From: Candidatus Caldarchaeales archaeon
GTDB lineage: Archaea > Thermoproteota > Nitrososphaeria_A > Caldarchaeales > Wolframiiraptoraceae
NCBI GenBank assembly: GCA_039630055.1
Contig: JBCNVN010000021.1
Coordinates: 1-27,582, forward strand
Reading direction: 5' to 3'
DNA: 27,582 bases
Shown here: positions 26,064 through 27,582 of the stretch, piece by piece
Position numbering within the stretch: position 1 is the stretch's first letter
Layout: each line of letters starts with the position of its first letter
Translations under genes and position numbers: made by a program
The notes under the pieces: generated by a model
Told to the model about the DNA's origin: nothing
What the model saw: the letters and a program-made list of their open reading frames with translations, nothing else
The model's database searches: none

Positions 26064-26693
26064 ATGGTTAAGGTCATAGTAACAGCCGTTCCAGGGGCTG
26101 GGAAGTCAACAATACTTAAGAAGATATCTGAGAAGCTGCCTAACATAAAGATCATAAATTTCGGGGACATAATGCTTAAAGAGGCTATCAAGATACTCGG
26201 TATAGTTAATAGAGACGACCTTAGAAAGAAGGTTAGTTTTAGAGATTATAGAATGTTACAAGAGGTGGCTGCTAGGGAGATAGCAAAAATGGATGGAGAC
26301 TTGATAATCGATACACACGCCACGGTAAAGACCATCTACGGTTATTATCCAGGCCTACCATCCACAGTAGTAGAAGAGATCAGTCCAGACGCAATATTAT
26401 TCTTAGAGTTTAGACCAGAAGATATACTTGCAAGGAGAGCAAGAGACCTCTATAAAGATTTGCCTGAAGATAAAAGAATAAGAGAGATTGAAAGTGTAGA
26501 GGATGTTGAAGAACATCAGAGGATTAGTATAGAGATGGCTTCGGCTGCTGCAAATCATGTATCATGCTACTTCGTATTACTAAAATTCTTGGATGCTCAA
26601 AAGTATCCATATCAGCATGCTGAAGAAGCTGCATCGAAGATTATCGAACTCATAGAGAGGATGAGGTCGACGGAGAGACCCCCATCTACATGA
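26064..26693 (+). CDS. adkA: Adenylate kinase, archaeal type
   Basis: VPGAGKST P-loop, INFGDIM, RDDLRK, LQ-x2-AA, IDTHA-x-VKT-x2-GYYPGLP, ILARR-x2-D. Confidence 0.92.
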   Translation: MVKVIVTAVPGAGKSTILKKISEKLPNIKIINFGDIMLKEAIKILGIVNRDDLRKKVSFRDYRMLQEVAAREIAKMDGDLIIDTHATVKTIYGYYPGLPSTVVEEISPDAILFLEFRPEDILARRARDLYKDLPEDKRIREIESVEDVEEHQRISIEMASAAANHVSCYFVLLKFLDAQKYPYQHAEEAASKIIELIERMRSTERPPST

Positions 26694-27473
26694 TTACTTA
26701 ACAATCTCCAGTGTTTTACGTGCAGAGGTTATGTAGCATGTGTGTGCATGCATTTGGTGTACAGGCCTAGTCATCCCCCTCTTCACCCTCATCTCTCTTA
26801 GAAATATCTCAACTGTACATATATCTCCAAATCCTCTTGACCGTAATTCTTCAACAGTTTCTATAACCTGCTCAATTGTAGGGCTGATGGAGATGATGAT
26901 CCCGCTATCTCTCAGGGCTTGATATGCTGTTGAAATCGCCTTCCAAGGCTCTGGAACATCTAGAATGAATAGATCTACATCCTTCTCATCTACTCCTTCT
27001 TCAACATTTCGATGCTTTAGCTCAACATACTCTATTAGACCTAGCTTCTCAAGATTTCTTCTAGCATTATCTAGATACTTCTCTTCGATATCATAGCTGT
27101 ATACTCTTCCTTCTGGTGCAACATGTGATGCCAGTATTGTAGTTAATACTCCTGCACCTGTTCCCGCCTCTACAACCCTTGACCCACATCTAACATTACC
27201 GACTAAGATGATGTATCCTAAATCTTTAGGGTATACTATCTGGGTTAATCTAGGAAGGTGGAGTGCTTCATCTAGTATAGTTGGCTTGAGAACGGTCCAG
27301 GTGGAGCCTGTGTTAGATCTGATCCTGCATCCAAATCTTTCTCCGATAAGTTTTTCTAGATCTACATATCCCTCGTTCGTATGATATCTCTTCTCTTTCA
27401 CTACTCTTACTAAATAGCGTTTACCTTTCTCAGTTAAGAATAGTACTTTATCTCCTTCTCTAATCGCCTCCAT
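26694..27473 (-). CDS. trmI: tRNA (adenine57/58-N1)-methyltransferase
   Basis: PRLTQIVYPKD, VVEAGTGAG, GRVYSYD, ILDVPEPW, SPTIEQV, TRP-x3-M-x-AHT. Confidence 0.95.
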   Translation of the reverse strand: MEAIREGDKVLFLTEKGKRYLVRVVKEKRYHTNEGYVDLEKLIGERFGCRIRSNTGSTWTVLKPTILDEALHLPRLTQIVYPKDLGYIILVGNVRCGSRVVEAGTGAGVLTTILASHVAPEGRVYSYDIEEKYLDNARRNLEKLGLIEYVELKHRNVEEGVDEKDVDLFILDVPEPWKAISTAYQALRDSGIIISISPTIEQVIETVEELRSRGFGDICTVEIFLREMRVKRGMTRPVHQMHAHTCYITSARKTLEIVK

Positions 27474-27582
27474 CTTATCTCTATTAAGATAGACACGATA
27501 TTTTATTATAAGTGGTTTATCATAGTCTTAACTACTTATTAATCACTTTTCTCGAGATCTTCATGGGCTAGACTCCATGAAA

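Noticed and set aside
27560-27581. Hairpin TTCATGG-N8-CCATGAA at the window edge
   Set aside because: Context is truncated and it may lie within the end of the next gene; cannot be assigned.

Overview
Archaeal chromosomal window, gene-dense and mostly housekeeping. The lineage is inferred to be TACK, probably Aigarchaeota/Nitrososphaerota-like, from the HMf-type histone, CFI-box-CTERM surface protein, UPF0182, BHB tRNA introns and Thaumarchaeota-style aIF6. It holds two intron-containing tRNAs (Leu-CAA, Gly-CCC) and 24 recognisable CDSs: pyrH, EF-1alpha, OsmC, CoA-binding protein, beta-CASP nuclease, arcTGT, NikR, P1B-ATPase, PAC2, aIF6, DUF424, COG1709 HTH, CFI-box surface protein, deoxyhypusine synthase, PspC, membrane Hsp20, UPF0182, GlmU-like transferase, TrmB, Nudix, thermosome, histone, adenylate kinase and TrmI, plus a Zn-ribbon/CdvA-like coiled-coil protein. 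No CRISPR array, transposase or integrase was seen. The best leads are: (1) an intact NikR divergent from an atypical CPS-motif P1B-ATPase with a palindrome between them; (2) a histone whose tetramer-interface residues are altered (H49Y, L62R), head-to-head with a Zn-ribbon/CdvA-like gene; (3) a UPF0182 + membrane-anchored Hsp20 + PspC cluster; (4) a CFI-box-CTERM modular surface protein; (5) a GC-rich structured island between tRNA-Gly and tuf. All family assignments come from motif recognition by eye; no database searches were run.
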